Shown here one piece after another: positions 28,982-40,080 of a stretch of 64,000 bases of DNA. The notes under the pieces are model-generated. The model saw only the letters and a program-made list of their open reading frames with translations, was not told the DNA's origin and did not search any database. Position 1 is the stretch's first letter. Each line of letters starts with the position of its first letter. Origin of the DNA: Candidatus Tepidifontimicrobium thermophilum. GTDB taxonomy: Bacteria > Sysuimicrobiota > Sysuimicrobiia > Sysuimicrobiales > Sysuimicrobiaceae. Made by a program: the position numbers and the translations under genes. Location: positions 58,475-122,474 of the forward strand of contig JAVKHO010000006.1 of assembly GCA_031459915.1 (NCBI GenBank), written 5' to 3'.

Positions 28982-30846
28982 CACCGGAGCACCCAGTACA
29001 CGAAGAGGACGACCGCGCCCGCCAGCACGCCGGCCGCGTACTGACGCACGTTGCCCGTCTGCCACGTCCGCACCGCGGCCGCGGCCTGCACCACCAGGTC
29101 CGCCAAGCCTGAGGCAGCTCCATCCACGACCCGCGCGTCCACCCGCTGTGCCAGTAGGTGGCTCAAGGCCTTCGCGGGACGCACCACTGCCCGGTCGTAG
29201 AGCGCCTCCACGCCCCACTGGGCGGCCAGGGCGCGGCCCAAGGGACCCAGGTCCGGCTCCCGCCGCGCCCGGTGCGCCCACCAGCCGGCTACCACGCCCG
29301 CCAGGGCCACCGCGACCGCGCCCGCCACCTCAGCACCGGCCACCGAACTGGTCTCTCCGTGGTCTCCGAACAGGGGCTCGAGGAAGGCCCGCAGGGGAGC
29401 CCCAGCCCACTGGGCGCCGAGAAAGCCGCCGAAGGCGGACAGAACCACCAGGCCCGCCATGGGCCACGCCATGGCCGGGGGCGGATCGTGGGGGTGCGCG
29501 TGGCGGTCCGCCGGTTCGCCCCAGAAGGCCAGAACCGCGGCCCGGGTGGCGTAGTACGCGGTCACGAAGCTCGTGGCCACCGCCACCACCCAGATCCCCG
29601 CCGCATGTGCCCGCGCCGCATGGAGGATCTCCTCCTTGCTCCAGAACCCCGAAAGCGGAGGGATCCCGCTCAAACTCAGCGCCCCCACCACAAACCCGAG
29701 GAAGGTCAGCGGCATGGATCGCCGCAGCCCGCCCAGGTGCCGCAGATCCACCTGCCCGTGCAGGGCGTGCATCACGCTCCCCGCGGCCAAAAACAGCAGG
29801 GCTTTGAAAAACGCGTGGGTGGTGAGGTGGAAGAAGGCCGCGCCACCCGCACCCGCGCCCAGCGCCAGGAACATGTACCCGAGCTGGCTGATGGTGGAGT
29901 ACGCGAGGACGCGTTTCAGATCGTACTGGGCCACGGCCACCGTGGCGGCGAACAGGGCGGTGGCGGCGCCCACGGGGGCCACCACGGCGCCCAGGACCGG
30001 GCCTGCGGCCTCAAACAGCGGCCACAGCCGGCCTACCAGGAACACCCCGGCCGTGACCATGGTGGCCGCGTGGATGAGGGCGGAGACTGGGGTGGGTCCC
30101 TCCATGGCGTCCGGCAGCCACACGTACAGCGGGAGCTGCGCGGACTTCCCGGTCGCCCCGGCGAACAGCAGCAGCGCGGCGGCCACCAGTCCCGGGTGGC
30201 CCCGGAGGGCCCCGCCCCCTTCCCCCAGAAGCCGCGAGATCTCTCGGAACTCCAGCGTCCCCAGCAGCCCCCAAACGGACAGGATCCCCACCACGAACGC
30301 CGCGTCCCCGATCCGGTTCACCACGAAGGCCTTCCGGCCGGCCGCGGCCGCGGCGGGCCGCTCGAACCAGAACCCGATCAGCAGGTAAGAGCACAGCCCC
30401 ACCAGCTCCCAGCCCACGAACAGCACCAGCAGGTTCGCCCCCAGGACCAGCACCAGCATGGAGGCCACGAACAGGTTGAGGTAGGTGAAGTACCGGCTGT
30501 AGTCGGGGTCGTCGGCCATGTAGCCCACGGAGTAGACGTGGATCAGGAACCCCACCCCGGTCACCACCAGAGCCAGGAGAGCGGACAGCGGGTCCCACTG
30601 GAAGGCCGCGGAGATCCGGAAGTCGGCGACCCCGATCCACTCGAACAGGCGGACCACGTGCGCCGCGCGTTCGGAGGAAGTCCCCAGGCCCTGGGTCGCC
30701 GCCGCGCTCAGCAGAAACGCCCCGAGGACTGCCAGGCACGCCACCAGGGACGTACCTCGTCGGCCCAGCCGACCGCCCAGCAAGCCGTTCCCCAGTGCCC
30801 CTGCCAGGGGGAGGGCCACGATCCAGGGAACCATCCGCACATCCAT
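28981..30846 (-). CDS. nuoL: NADH-quinone oxidoreductase subunit L
   Basis: 621 aa with the WLPDAMEGPTPVSALIHAATMV motif (ATG 30834 is an alternative start). Confidence 0.9.
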   Translation of the reverse strand: MDVRMVPWIVALPLAGALGNGLLGGRLGRRGTSLVACLAVLGAFLLSAAATQGLGTSSERAAHVVRLFEWIGVADFRISAAFQWDPLSALLALVVTGVGFLIHVYSVGYMADDPDYSRYFTYLNLFVASMLVLVLGANLLVLFVGWELVGLCSYLLIGFWFERPAAAAAGRKAFVVNRIGDAAFVVGILSVWGLLGTLEFREISRLLGEGGGALRGHPGLVAAALLLFAGATGKSAQLPLYVWLPDAMEGPTPVSALIHAATMVTAGVFLVGRLWPLFEAAGPVLGAVVAPVGAATALFAATVAVAQYDLKRVLAYSTISQLGYMFLALGAGAGGAAFFHLTTHAFFKALLFLAAGSVMHALHGQVDLRHLGGLRRSMPLTFLGFVVGALSLSGIPPLSGFWSKEEILHAARAHAAGIWVVAVATSFVTAYYATRAAVLAFWGEPADRHAHPHDPPPAMAWPMAGLVVLSAFGGFLGAQWAGAPLRAFLEPLFGDHGETSSVAGAEVAGAVAVALAGVVAGWWAHRARREPDLGPLGRALAAQWGVEALYDRAVVRPAKALSHLLAQRVDARVVDGAASGLADLVVQAAAAVRTWQTGNVRQYAAGVLAGAVVLFVYWVLR

Positions 30847-30850
30847 CCGG

Positions 30851-31156
30851 CTAGCCCCGCAGCAGGTCCACCTCGTCCACGTCCACCGTGTCGCGGCTGC
30901 GGAAGATGTGGACCAGGATACTCAAGCCGACCACCACCTCCACCGCGGCGACCACCAGCACGAAGAACACCGCCAGCTGCCCGTCCAGGTTGGCGTGGAC
31001 GCGGGCCAGGGTCACGAAGGCCAGGTTCACCGCGTTCAGCATGAGCTCAATGGACATGAACAGGATCAGGGCGGTGCGGCGGACCAGGACCCCTACCGTC
31101 CCCAGGGTGAACAGGGCAGCGCTCAACAGGAGGTAGGCGGCGGCCGGGACGGTCAT
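30851..31156 (-). CDS. nuoK: NADH-quinone oxidoreductase subunit K
   Basis: 101 aa, 3 [15 protein letters not shown] motif. Confidence 0.9.
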   Translation of the reverse strand: MTVPAAAYLLLSAALFTLGTVGVLVRRTALILFMSIELMLNAVNLAFVTLARVHANLDGQLAVFFVLVVAAVEVVVGLSILVHIFRSRDTVDVDEVDLLRG

Positions 31157-31689
31157 GCCTCCTCCCGCCCGGAAGCGGACCTCGGGGGCACCGAAGGCGG
31201 CGCAGGGCTGCTACCCAACACCACCGCGGCCACGATCCCCACCAGGAGCAGCAGCGACGCCACCTCGAACGGCAGAAGAAACCGGCTGAACAGCTCCCGG
31301 CCCACCGCCTCCGTGCTGCCGAACTCCGGCGGCAACTCGTGGGTGGCCGCGGGCAGCTGCAGGACCGCGTAGCTCAGACCCGCCCACAGGGCTGCGCCCA
31401 GGGGCACCGCGAGACTCCACTGCCCCCCCAGCGGGGATGGCCTGGACTCCGGGGTCCGGGCGTGCAGCAGCATGATCACGAACAGGAACAGGACCACGAT
31501 GGCGCCCGCGTACACGATCACCTGCAGGACGGCCAGGAACTCCGCGGCCAGGGTCAGGTAGAGCACCGCCAGCGAGCCCAGCACCAACAGCAGGCTCAAG
31601 GCGCTGTGCACGGGCTGGCGGGCGGCCACCACGCCCAGCCCGCCCGCCACGCTGAGCGCCGCGCCCACCGCGAACAGCAGGACCTCCAC
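31153..31689 (-). CDS. nuoJ: NADH-quinone oxidoreductase subunit J
   Basis: GTG 31689 after the nuoI stop, with [30 protein letters not shown] motif. 4-nt overlap with nuoK. Confidence 0.85.
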   Translation of the reverse strand: MEVLLFAVGAALSVAGGLGVVAARQPVHSALSLLLVLGSLAVLYLTLAAEFLAVLQVIVYAGAIVVLFLFVIMLLHARTPESRPSPLGGQWSLAVPLGAALWAGLSYAVLQLPAATHELPPEFGSTEAVGRELFSRFLLPFEVASLLLLVGIVAAVVLGSSPAPPSVPPRSASGREEA

Positions 31690-31694
31690 CGTCC

Positions 31695-32207
31695 CTACAC
31701 CTCCCGGTTGGGGTCCCGGCCGGAGGCCCCCGGGTAGGGCTCCTGGAGCATGGACTTGGTGTAGATGAGGGCCTCCCGCCGGTAGTCCGCCAGCTCGAAG
31801 TCCCGTCCCAGGACGATGGCGCCCGTGGGGCAAGCCTCCTCGCAGAACCCGCAGAAGATGCAGCGGAGCATGTTGATCTGGAACTCCTCCGCGTACCGCT
31901 CGCCCCGGCTGACCCGATGCTCGGGGGTGTTCTCTGCGGCCTTCACGTAGATGGCCTGCGAGGGGCACACGATCACGCACAGCTCGCAGCCCACGCACCG
32001 CTCCGTTCCGTCGGCGTACAGGGTCAACCAGTGCCGCCCCTTGAAACGGCCCGCGATCTGCGGCCGCTGCTCCGGGTACTGCACGGTGACTGGGGGACGG
32101 AACAGGTGGCGAAGGGTCACCGCCATCCCCTTCAGGATGGCTGCGCCCTCCACGACCACACGCTGCCAGCCGTTGCGGTTTCGCACCGCGCCTCCCACGG
32201 GTCCCAC
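31695..32207 (-). CDS. nuoI: NADH-quinone oxidoreductase subunit I (2x[4Fe-4S])
   Basis: [12 protein letters not shown] and [12 protein letters not shown]. The start is uncertain (GTG 32207 abuts the nuoH stop; internal GTGs are possible). Confidence 0.88.
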   Translation of the reverse strand: MGPVGGAVRNRNGWQRVVVEGAAILKGMAVTLRHLFRPPVTVQYPEQRPQIAGRFKGRHWLTLYADGTERCVGCELCVIVCPSQAIYVKAAENTPEHRVSRGERYAEEFQINMLRCIFCGFCEEACPTGAIVLGRDFELADYRREALIYTKSMLQEPYPGASGRDPNREV

Positions 32208-33182
32208 CTACAGGAGGAGGACAGCGCTCACCAGGAGGTTTGCGAGCGCCACCGGGATGAGCACCTTCCAGCCGAGGCCCATCAGCTGATCATAGCGCAC
32301 CCGGGGTACGGTGGCGCGGATCCAGATGAGCACCACCACGAAGGCCAGGACCTTCACCCCGAACCACACCACGGGTGGGAGCACGGGTCCGTGCCAGCCC
32401 CCGAGGAACAGGGTGGCCGCCAGGGCTCCCTGGGTGATCATGGCCACGTACTCTGCGATGTAGAACATCACGAACTTGAAGCCGCCGTACTCCGTCTGGT
32501 AGCCCGCGACCAGCTCCTGCTCCGCCTCCGGGAGATCGAAGGGGGCGCGGTTGGTCTCCGCCAGGGCGGACAGGAAGAACACCAGGAAGGCCACGGGCTG
32601 GCGCACCACGAACCAGCCGGACTCCTGCGCCTGCACGATCCGGACCAGGCTCAGGCTGCCGGCTTCTAACACCACCGCCAGCACGGCCAGGGCCAAGCTC
32701 AGCTCGTAGCTGATGACCTGGGCGCTGCTGCGCAACCCGCCCAGCAGGGAGTACTTGCTGTTGGAGGACCAGCCGCCCAGGATGAGACCGTAAACCCCGA
32801 TGGAGGAGGCGCCCAGCACTAGCAGCAGCGCCGTGTTGACGTCCGCCAGGTACAGGGACACCCGCCGGCCAAACAGCTCCACCTCCGGCCCGAAGGGGAT
32901 CACCGCGTAGACGAACAACGCCGTGGTCATGAGCAGCACGGGAGCCGTCACGTACACCACGCGGTCGGCGCCCGCGGGCGCGAAGTCCTCCTTGGTGAGG
33001 AGCTTGATCCCGTCCGCCAGGGGCTGCAGCAGGCCCCACGGTCCGACCCGGTTCGGCCCGTAGCGGACCTGGAAGCGGCCCAGGAGCTTGCGCTCCAGCA
33101 GCACCTCGTAGGCGGTGGCCGTGAGCAGGACCGCCAGCAGCACCGCGCTTTTCACCACGGCCTCGACCACCACCGCGGTCAC
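32208..33182 (-). CDS. nuoH: NADH-quinone oxidoreductase subunit H
   Basis: GTG 33182 overlaps the nuoG stop. ERKLLGRFQVRYGPNRVGPWGLLQPLADGIKL and NRAPFDLPEAEQELV motifs. Confidence 0.9.
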   Translation of the reverse strand: MTAVVVEAVVKSAVLLAVLLTATAYEVLLERKLLGRFQVRYGPNRVGPWGLLQPLADGIKLLTKEDFAPAGADRVVYVTAPVLLMTTALFVYAVIPFGPEVELFGRRVSLYLADVNTALLLVLGASSIGVYGLILGGWSSNSKYSLLGGLRSSAQVISYELSLALAVLAVVLEAGSLSLVRIVQAQESGWFVVRQPVAFLVFFLSALAETNRAPFDLPEAEQELVAGYQTEYGGFKFVMFYIAEYVAMITQGALAATLFLGGWHGPVLPPVVWFGVKVLAFVVVLIWIRATVPRVRYDQLMGLGWKVLIPVALANLLVSAVLLL

Positions 33183-35680
33183 CGCGACTCCCTCCCCGCG
33201 GGTTCTAGCACGCGGATGCGAGCCCGCAGCCGTCGCCCCGAGGCGGCCCACCGGGCCCGGGGGAACTCAGGGAAGCCCACGGGCACCAGGAGGTGGCCGG
33301 GCGGCACGGCGTCCGTGACCGCAACGGGCACCCGGGCCGAAGCAGCTCCCGTGTCCACCTCCACCACCCGTCCGTCTGTCAAACTCAGCGCCGCCGCATC
33401 CCCAGGGTGCACGCCCACCGCGGCGTCACCCGCCAAGTCCGGCAGTCCCCGGCACCGGGAACTCATCTCGCCCTTCCGGAACAGGGGGGAAGCCGGGACC
33501 ACCACCAGCCCCTCCCCGGGATCGTGGGGCTGGGCCGGGCGCACGTCCACCTCCGGCTGCGGCCGGGTGAACCCGTACGGGCGGTCCAGCTCCAAACCCG
33601 GGGCCACCCGGCGCAGCTCCTCCCAGATGGCCTCCACCGACCCGTAATCCATGGGACGCCCCAAGCGCTCGGCCAGCAGCTGCAGGATGTCGCCGTCCGC
33701 CCGGGCCCCCGGAGGCCCCATGCGGCTCGGCGCGACCCGTTGGGGCCGGCCTTCCAGGTTGACCACCGTCCCCGGCCGCTCGAAGCTACTCAGGGCGGGC
33801 AGCACCACGTCCGCCTGTCGCGCGGTCTCTGTCCAGAACAGCTCGGTCACCACCAGCAGTTCCAGTCCCGCCCTCGCTCGCTGCCACAGCGACCCGTCGG
33901 GGAAGTCCCGGGCGGGGTCGGCGCCGGCCACGTACAGGACCCGGAGCTGGCCCGCTGCTGCAGCCTCCAGCATGGCTGGAGCCGCCAGGCCAACCTCCCG
34001 GGGCGGCTCAAATCCCCAGACGCCACGGAGCCTTTCCCTTGCCTCGGCGTGGTCCAGGGGAACTAGGCCCGGTAGGGTGTCGGGGGCCAAGCCCGCCAGG
34101 AGGGCCCCGACTGCGTTCCCCTTGCCACGAAGCAACCAGAGGTCCCCACCGCACACCGCCCGGAGGGTCTGCACCGCCGCCAGGGTCCGCTCAGGCTCGG
34201 GTCCGTCCCACGACAGCCGGCCCACGGCGAGCAACACCGGCGCCGCTGCGGGGAGGTACTGGGCCAGACGCTCCACGGCCTCCCGCGGAACGCCCGCCCG
34301 GCGGCAGCTGGCATCCACGTCCACCTCCCGCAGGGGGCCGGTTACAGACCCTTGGCGCTCGGCCAGCAGCCGCGCCACGGCGTACAGGACGTCCGCCTCC
34401 GCGCCGTACTGGTGCACCACCGCCGCATGGAGGTATCCCTCTACCTCCAGCCGCTTGGGCGCCACCGCCAGCCCCACTGCCCCCCGATCGAGCGCACGCT
34501 TCAGCCGCAGCCACAGGACGGGGTACTCCTCAGTGAGGTCGCAGCCCACCAGGAAGACTCCTGCGGCCGTATCCAGAGCCTCGAAGGGTCCCGCGCCCCA
34601 TACCCAGTCCCGCGGGGAGGGCGCAAAACGTGAGTCGGCCCGCGCGTCCACGTGGTTGGAGCCCAGGGCCCGGAACAACCTCCCCAACAGGTAGGCCTCC
34701 TCCACAGTGAGGCGCTCCCCGCCTAGGGCTCCTATGCGGGGCGCAGCCCGCTCCAGGGCCCGGGCTACCCGCTCCAGGGCCTCGTCCCAGGTGGCCTCGC
34801 GCAGTACGCCGTCCTGGCGCACGTACGGGACCCGGAGGCGCTCGGGGTGGTTGGTGTAGTCGTACCCGAAAAAGCCGAGGTCACACAGCCAGATGTCGTT
34901 CACCTCGGGCTTCTCCCGGGCTCGGACCCGTACGACCTCACCGCCCCGGGCGTCCACCCAGGTGGCGCAGCCCACCCCGCAGTGGGTGCAGACGGCGGGC
35001 GTCGGCCGGTTGTCCCAGGGACGGGCCCGAAACCGGTACACGCCGCTCGTCAGGGCGCCCACGGGGCAGATGGCGATGGTGTTCCCGATGAACTTGCTGG
35101 GCCGCTCCAGAGTCACCGGTGGCGTGTCGATGTGGGTGCGGTAGCCGCGGTCGTGGCCCTTCAGGGCGTGGTCCCCTGCCACCACCTCCCCGAACCGGGT
35201 GCAGCGCCAGCACAGGATGCACCGTTCCCGGTCTAGGGTGAGGACCGGGCTCAGGCGTAATGCCTTCGGGAAGTGCCGCTTGGGCTCCACGAAGCGTGAG
35301 GCGCCGGGCCCGTACTTGAAGGTGTTGTCCTGCAGGGGGCACTCCCCGCCCTTGTCGCAGATGGGGCAGTCGAGGGGGTGGTTGATGAGGAGGAACTCCA
35401 GGATGGCTCGGCGGGCCTCCACCACCTCCGGGCTCTCCGTCCAAACCACCATCCCCTCCTGCGCCTCCAGGGTGCAGGAGGTCTGCAGCCGCGGCATCCT
35501 CTCCACCTGGACGAAGCACATCCGACAGGCCCCGAGGGGCGGCATCCGGTCGTGGTAGCAGAAGATCGGGATCTCGATCCCCACCTGCCGGGCGGCGTGG
35601 TACACGGTGGTCCCCCGGGGGACCGTCACCGTCCGACCGTCGATGGTGAGCGTGACCGTACTCAGTGGCTCGCCGGACAC
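33179..35680 (-). CDS. nuoG: NADH-quinone oxidoreductase subunit G (long form, about 833 aa)
   Basis: GTG 35680 with GGGAGGG RBS. N-terminal 2Fe-2S/4Fe-4S Cys motifs (CYHDRMPPLGACRMC, CPICDKGGEC, CILCWRC) followed by a molybdopterin-oxidoreductase-like domain. Confidence 0.9.
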   Translation of the reverse strand: MSGEPLSTVTLTIDGRTVTVPRGTTVYHAARQVGIEIPIFCYHDRMPPLGACRMCFVQVERMPRLQTSCTLEAQEGMVVWTESPEVVEARRAILEFLLINHPLDCPICDKGGECPLQDNTFKYGPGASRFVEPKRHFPKALRLSPVLTLDRERCILCWRCTRFGEVVAGDHALKGHDRGYRTHIDTPPVTLERPSKFIGNTIAICPVGALTSGVYRFRARPWDNRPTPAVCTHCGVGCATWVDARGGEVVRVRAREKPEVNDIWLCDLGFFGYDYTNHPERLRVPYVRQDGVLREATWDEALERVARALERAAPRIGALGGERLTVEEAYLLGRLFRALGSNHVDARADSRFAPSPRDWVWGAGPFEALDTAAGVFLVGCDLTEEYPVLWLRLKRALDRGAVGLAVAPKRLEVEGYLHAAVVHQYGAEADVLYAVARLLAERQGSVTGPLREVDVDASCRRAGVPREAVERLAQYLPAAAPVLLAVGRLSWDGPEPERTLAAVQTLRAVCGGDLWLLRGKGNAVGALLAGLAPDTLPGLVPLDHAEARERLRGVWGFEPPREVGLAAPAMLEAAAAGQLRVLYVAGADPARDFPDGSLWQRARAGLELLVVTELFWTETARQADVVLPALSSFERPGTVVNLEGRPQRVAPSRMGPPGARADGDILQLLAERLGRPMDYGSVEAIWEELRRVAPGLELDRPYGFTRPQPEVDVRPAQPHDPGEGLVVVPASPLFRKGEMSSRCRGLPDLAGDAAVGVHPGDAAALSLTDGRVVEVDTGAASARVPVAVTDAVPPGHLLVPVGFPEFPRARWAASGRRLRARIRVLEPAGRESR

Positions 35681-35684
35681 CTCG

Positions 35685-36974
35685 TTACCCTCCCGGCGCG
35701 GGTGCACCCAGGTGCAGCCGCACCGGCATCTGAACCGGCTCCCGGGCCGCCCGGATGTACGCCTCGAACTCGTCCCGGAAGTCCTCCAGCCCTGCCCGTA
35801 GGCTCGGGGGCACGCTCTCTCCCAGGGGACAGAAGCACGTGCCCGTCATGTTGCGGGCCAGGCTCGCGAGGAGATCCAGGTCCTCGGGCCGACCCCGGCC
35901 GTGCAGGATCCGGTCCAGGATCTGCGTGACCCACACGGTGCCCTCCCGGCAGGGGGTGCACTTCCCGCAGGACTCCTCCCGGTAGAACTCGCACACCCGC
36001 GCGATGACCTTCACCATGTCCGTGGTCTCGTCCATGACGATGACCGCCGCGGAACCCAGCATGGACCCGAGCTTGGCCAGCTCCTCGTGGCGCAGGGGTA
36101 CGTCCAGGTGTCGGGCCGGAAGAGGCCGGCTGGACGTCCCGCCGGGGTAGAAGGCCTTCACCCGGCGGCCACCCCGCATTCCCCCGGCCCGCTCGATCAG
36201 TTCCCGGGCGGTGGTCCCCAGGGGCGCTTCCACCACCTGCGGGCTGTTCACGTGTCCACTCACCGAGTACAGCTGCGGCGGCCCCTGCTCCAGCCACCAC
36301 TCCGGACCCTCCCGGATGATCCACGGCACGCAGCACAGCGTCTCCACGTTATTCAGCACAGTGGGCTTGTTGTACAGCCCCATAACCGCGGGGAAGTACG
36401 GCGGCTTCAGCCGTGGCATCGCCCGCTTGCCCTCCAGGGACTCCAGTAGGGCGGTCTCCTCACCGGCGATGTAGGCACCCGCCCCGGGGTGCACGTACAC
36501 GTCCAGGGAGAAGTCCGTGCCGAGGATCCCCTGCCCCAGGTAGCCCCGCTCGTACGCCTGCGCGATGGCCTTCTCCAGCTGCCGGCGGGCCTGGTAGAAC
36601 TCCCGGCGCATGTAAACGTACGCGGTGCGCACACCGTTGGCGTACGCGGCCAGGGCAATGCCCTCCACCAGCAGGTGCGGGTCGCCTTCCAGCAACGTCC
36701 GGTCCTTAAACGTCCCAGGTTCCCCCTCGTCCGCGTTCACCACCAGGTACTTCACGGGGGCGTCCTTGGGTACGAACTTCCACTTGCGGCCCGTGGGGAA
36801 GCCCGCCCCGCCCCGACCCCGTAGCTGTGCCCGGTCCACCAGGTCGGTCACCTGCTCCGGGCTGAGCTCCCGCAGGGCGCGCCGCAGGCCCGTGTACCCC
36901 CCGCGGCGCTCGTACCCGTGGATGTCCGCCTGGTCGGGCTCCCGGACGTGACGCAGCAAGACGGGCTCGGGCAT
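35685..36974 (-). CDS. nuoF: NADH-quinone oxidoreductase subunit F (FMN/NADH-binding)
   Basis: GRGGAGFPTGRKW, NADEGEPGTFKDR and ESCGKCTPCREG motifs. Confidence 0.92.
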   Translation of the reverse strand: MPEPVLLRHVREPDQADIHGYERRGGYTGLRRALRELSPEQVTDLVDRAQLRGRGGAGFPTGRKWKFVPKDAPVKYLVVNADEGEPGTFKDRTLLEGDPHLLVEGIALAAYANGVRTAYVYMRREFYQARRQLEKAIAQAYERGYLGQGILGTDFSLDVYVHPGAGAYIAGEETALLESLEGKRAMPRLKPPYFPAVMGLYNKPTVLNNVETLCCVPWIIREGPEWWLEQGPPQLYSVSGHVNSPQVVEAPLGTTARELIERAGGMRGGRRVKAFYPGGTSSRPLPARHLDVPLRHEELAKLGSMLGSAAVIVMDETTDMVKVIARVCEFYREESCGKCTPCREGTVWVTQILDRILHGRGRPEDLDLLASLARNMTGTCFCPLGESVPPSLRAGLEDFRDEFEAYIRAAREPVQMPVRLHLGAPAPGG

Positions 36975-36977
36975 GGC

Positions 36978-37442
36978 TCAGTCCAGCTCCCTCACAAGCC
37001 GTGCCGCAGCCTCCGGGGTCAGCGGGCCGTAGCGCCGCTCGTCCACCAGCATGCACGGCGCCTGATCGCAGGCGGCCAAGCATTCCACCGCCAACAGGGT
37101 CACCCGACGGTCGGGAGTCGTCTGTCCCGCACGGACCCCCAGCTCGCGCTCCACCCGCTCCCGCACGGCCTCCGCACCCGACAGCAGGCACGACACATTG
37201 GTGCACACCTGGACCACGTGCCGGCCTACGGGCTCCGTGAAGATCAGGCTGTAGAAGGACGCCACCTCCGCCACCACCTCCACGGGGAGATCCAGCAGGC
37301 GCCCCACCTCCGCCATGGCCTCCGGGGGCACCCACCCCAGCTCCTCCTGCACCCGGAGCAAGGCCGGCAGGAGGGCGGACTGCGCCACCGGGTAGCGCGC
37401 CCGCAACGCTCCGATCTCCCTCTTTGCACCCTCCGACAGCAA
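36978..37442 (-). CDS. nuoE: NADH-quinone oxidoreductase subunit E
   Basis: YP...SALLPALLRVQEELGW, CTNVSC and ECLAACD 2Fe-2S motifs. TTG 37442 with AGGAGGG RBS gives a homologue-like N-terminus; GTG 37466 is the alternative. Confidence 0.88.
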   Translation of the reverse strand: MLSEGAKREIGALRARYPVAQSALLPALLRVQEELGWVPPEAMAEVGRLLDLPVEVVAEVASFYSLIFTEPVGRHVVQVCTNVSCLLSGAEAVRERVERELGVRAGQTTPDRRVTLLAVECLAACDQAPCMLVDERRYGPLTPEAAARLVRELD

Positions 37443-37498
37443 CGCGCCCTCCTGGCGCAGCCGCACCGCCGCGGCCGCCGGGTTCCCCGGGGACGGGG

Positions 37499-38686
37499 TT
37501 AGCGATCCACGTCTCCCAGGACGATGTCGATAGAGGCGATGGCCACCACCACGTCCGCCAGCATGCCACCGCGGACCATGGTGGGCAACGCCTGCAGGTT
37601 CGAGAAGGAAGGCGCCCGAACCCGCACCCGAACCGGTCGGTTGGATCCGTCCGACACGATGTAGTAGCCTTTCTCCCCACGGGGCGACTCCACCGCCGCG
37701 TACACCTCGCCCTTGGGCGGGTGGAGGCCCTCGCTCACCAGCTTGAACTGGTGAATCACCGCTTCCATGGACCGCACCAGCTCCGCCCGGGGCGGGAGCG
37801 CCACCTTCCGGTCGGGGGTGAGAACGGGCCCGTCCGGGAGCCGATCCAGCGCCTGGAGCACGATGCGGCGCGACTGCCGCATCTCCTCCATCCGGACACG
37901 GTACCGGTCGTATGCATCCCCGTGCTCACCCGTGGGGATGTCAAACTCGAACTCGTCGTAGGACGAGTACGGGAAGGCCTTCCGGACGTCATAGGGGATC
38001 CCGGAACCCCGCAACGTGGGGCCGGTCACCCCGTAGGCGAGCGCGTCCTCCCGGCTCAGTACCGCCACGCCCTCGTGGCGGCGCCGCCAGATAAGGTTGT
38101 CCGTCAGCATGGCCTCGTACTCGTCCAGCCGCCGGGGAAACTCCTCCAGGAACCGGCGTGCCGCAGAGGGGAACTCCTCCGGCAGGTCCGCAGCCACGCC
38201 GCCGATGCGGAAGTAACCGGGCATCATCCGCTGGCCGGAGACCATCTCCGACAGCTCCAGGATCCGCTCCCGGTCCCGGAAACAGTACATGAGCAAGCTG
38301 CTCACGTTCAGGTCGATGCCCGTGGTCCCCAGCCACACCAGGTGGCTGGCAATGCGGTTCAGCTCGCACAGGATGACCCGGATGTACTGGGCCCGCTTGG
38401 GCACCTCCACCCCCAGCAGCTTCTCCACCGCCATGCAGTACGCCAGCTCCTCGTGGTAGCTGGACAGGTACTCGATGCGATCCACCAGGGCGATGTTCTG
38501 GTGGTAGGTCCGGTTCTCCATCTCCTTCTCGATCCCCGTGTGGAGGTAGCCGATCACGGGCTGGCAGGAGGCGATGACCTCGCCCTCCAGCTCCAGGACG
38601 AGCCGCAACACCCCGTGGGTGCTGGGGTGCTGGGGGCCCATGTTGATGGTGAGGGTCTCCCGCGCCAGCGTCACCGGCGTCTCCAC
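37499..38686 (-). CDS. nuoD: NADH-quinone oxidoreductase subunit D
   Basis: INMGPQHPSTHGVLRL and a C-terminal DIVLGDVDR motif. Confidence 0.92.
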   Translation of the reverse strand: METPVTLARETLTINMGPQHPSTHGVLRLVLELEGEVIASCQPVIGYLHTGIEKEMENRTYHQNIALVDRIEYLSSYHEELAYCMAVEKLLGVEVPKRAQYIRVILCELNRIASHLVWLGTTGIDLNVSSLLMYCFRDRERILELSEMVSGQRMMPGYFRIGGVAADLPEEFPSAARRFLEEFPRRLDEYEAMLTDNLIWRRRHEGVAVLSREDALAYGVTGPTLRGSGIPYDVRKAFPYSSYDEFEFDIPTGEHGDAYDRYRVRMEEMRQSRRIVLQALDRLPDGPVLTPDRKVALPPRAELVRSMEAVIHQFKLVSEGLHPPKGEVYAAVESPRGEKGYYIVSDGSNRPVRVRVRAPSFSNLQALPTMVRGGMLADVVVAIASIDIVLGDVDR

Positions 38687-38687
38687 C

Positions 38688-39227
38688 CTACGGGTCTTCC
38701 CGCACTGGCCCGACGCGGGGCACGATCTGGCTGGGGACCTTTGGCACGTGGCCGTGGAACTCCACGGGCTCCTCCGTGAGGGGGAAGTCGCGGCGCAACG
38801 GGTGGCCCTCCCAGTCGTCGGGCATCAGGATGCGGGTTAGGTTGGGGTGTCCCGCGAACCGGATGCCGAACAGGTCCCACACCTCCCGCTCGAACCAGTT
38901 GGCCCCCGCGAACACCGAAACCGCGCTGGGGACGGTGGGGTCGTGGCCGGGGATCCGGGTCTTGATCCGCAGCCGCTCCCGCCGCTTCAGGCTCAGCAGG
39001 TGGTAGACCACCTCGAACCGCGGCTCGGCCGGGTAACGATCCCACGCGGTCAGGTCCACGAGGACTTCGAACCGCCAGGGCTCGTCGCGAACCGCCCGCA
39101 GGGCGTCCACCACCCGTTCCCGGGCCACCACCAGGGTGGCGTCCCCGCGGAAGGCGTGGGCCTCCACCACCGTCTCCCCCAGCCGTTCCACGAGGAACTC
39201 CTGGACCGGGGTCAGGGGCGCAGTCAC
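38688..39227 (-). CDS. nuoC: NADH-quinone oxidoreductase subunit C
   Basis: GTG 39227 overlaps the nuoB stop and has a [30 protein letters not shown] motif. Confidence 0.9.
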   Translation of the reverse strand: MTAPLTPVQEFLVERLGETVVEAHAFRGDATLVVARERVVDALRAVRDEPWRFEVLVDLTAWDRYPAEPRFEVVYHLLSLKRRERLRIKTRIPGHDPTVPSAVSVFAGANWFEREVWDLFGIRFAGHPNLTRILMPDDWEGHPLRRDFPLTEEPVEFHGHVPKVPSQIVPRVGPVREDP

Positions 39228-39736
39228 CGGGTCCCTCCCTGCCGTGCGCGCTCGCGGATCTTCTCCTGCAACTTCATGAGGCCGTACAGCAGCGCCTCCG
39301 GCCGCGGGGGGCAGCCCGCCACGTACACGTCCACGGGCACGATCTTGTCCACCCCCTGCACGAGGGCGTAGTTGTTGTACACCCCTCCGCAGGAGGCGCA
39401 GTCGCCCATGGACAGGACCCACTTGGGCTCCAGCATCTGGTCGTAGATGTGCCGCAGCACGGGCGCCATCTTCTGGCTGACCCGCCCCGCCACGATCATC
39501 AGGTCCGACTGGCGGGGGGAGGCGCGGAACGCCTCCATCCCGAACCGGGCGATGTCGAACTTGGAGGTGGTGGTGGCGATCATCTCGATGGCACAGCACG
39601 CCAGCCCGAACTGGACCGGCCACACGGAGGAGCTGCGGGCCCAAGCCAGCATCCGATCCACCGTGGTGGTCAGCACGTTCCGCTCCAGCCCGGCCAGACC
39701 GTCCTTCCCGCGGTCCTCCCGCGTCACGGCTGCCAT
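39224..39736 (-). CDS. nuoB: NADH-quinone oxidoreductase subunit B
   Basis: ATG 39736. [24 protein letters not shown] and GCPPRPEAL motifs. Confidence 0.92.
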   Translation of the reverse strand: MAAVTREDRGKDGLAGLERNVLTTTVDRMLAWARSSSVWPVQFGLACCAIEMIATTTSKFDIARFGMEAFRASPRQSDLMIVAGRVSQKMAPVLRHIYDQMLEPKWVLSMGDCASCGGVYNNYALVQGVDKIVPVDVYVAGCPPRPEALLYGLMKLQEKIRERARQGGTR

Positions 39737-40080
39737 TGGAACGCCCCCCTGCGCCAAGCGTACACGTAGCCCAGCAGCAGCACGCCCACAAACACCAGGA
39801 TCTCCCACAGGCCGAGCCAGCCCAGCTGGCGGAACAGCACCGCCCACGGGTACAGGAACACCGCCTCCACGTCGAACAGGATGAACAGCATCGCCACCAG
39901 GTAGTACCGGACCGGGACCCGCTCCCGGGCGGAGCCGACGGGCCAGACCCCCGATTCGTAGGGCATCAGCTTATCGGGGTTGGGCCTCCGCCCGCCCAGC
40001 AGCACGTGCAGGCCCAACAGTCCCAGGACGAGCGCCAGCGAAGTGGCGAAGTGCACCAGGATCGGCACGTACTGGGTCAT
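39724..40080 (-). CDS. nuoA: NADH-quinone oxidoreductase subunit A
   Basis: ATG 40080 with GGAGGGAG RBS. PYESG and [15 protein letters not shown] motifs. Confidence 0.9.
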   Translation of the reverse strand: MTQYVPILVHFATSLALVLGLLGLHVLLGGRRPNPDKLMPYESGVWPVGSARERVPVRYYLVAMLFILFDVEAVFLYPWAVLFRQLGWLGLWEILVFVGVLLLGYVYAWRRGAFQWQP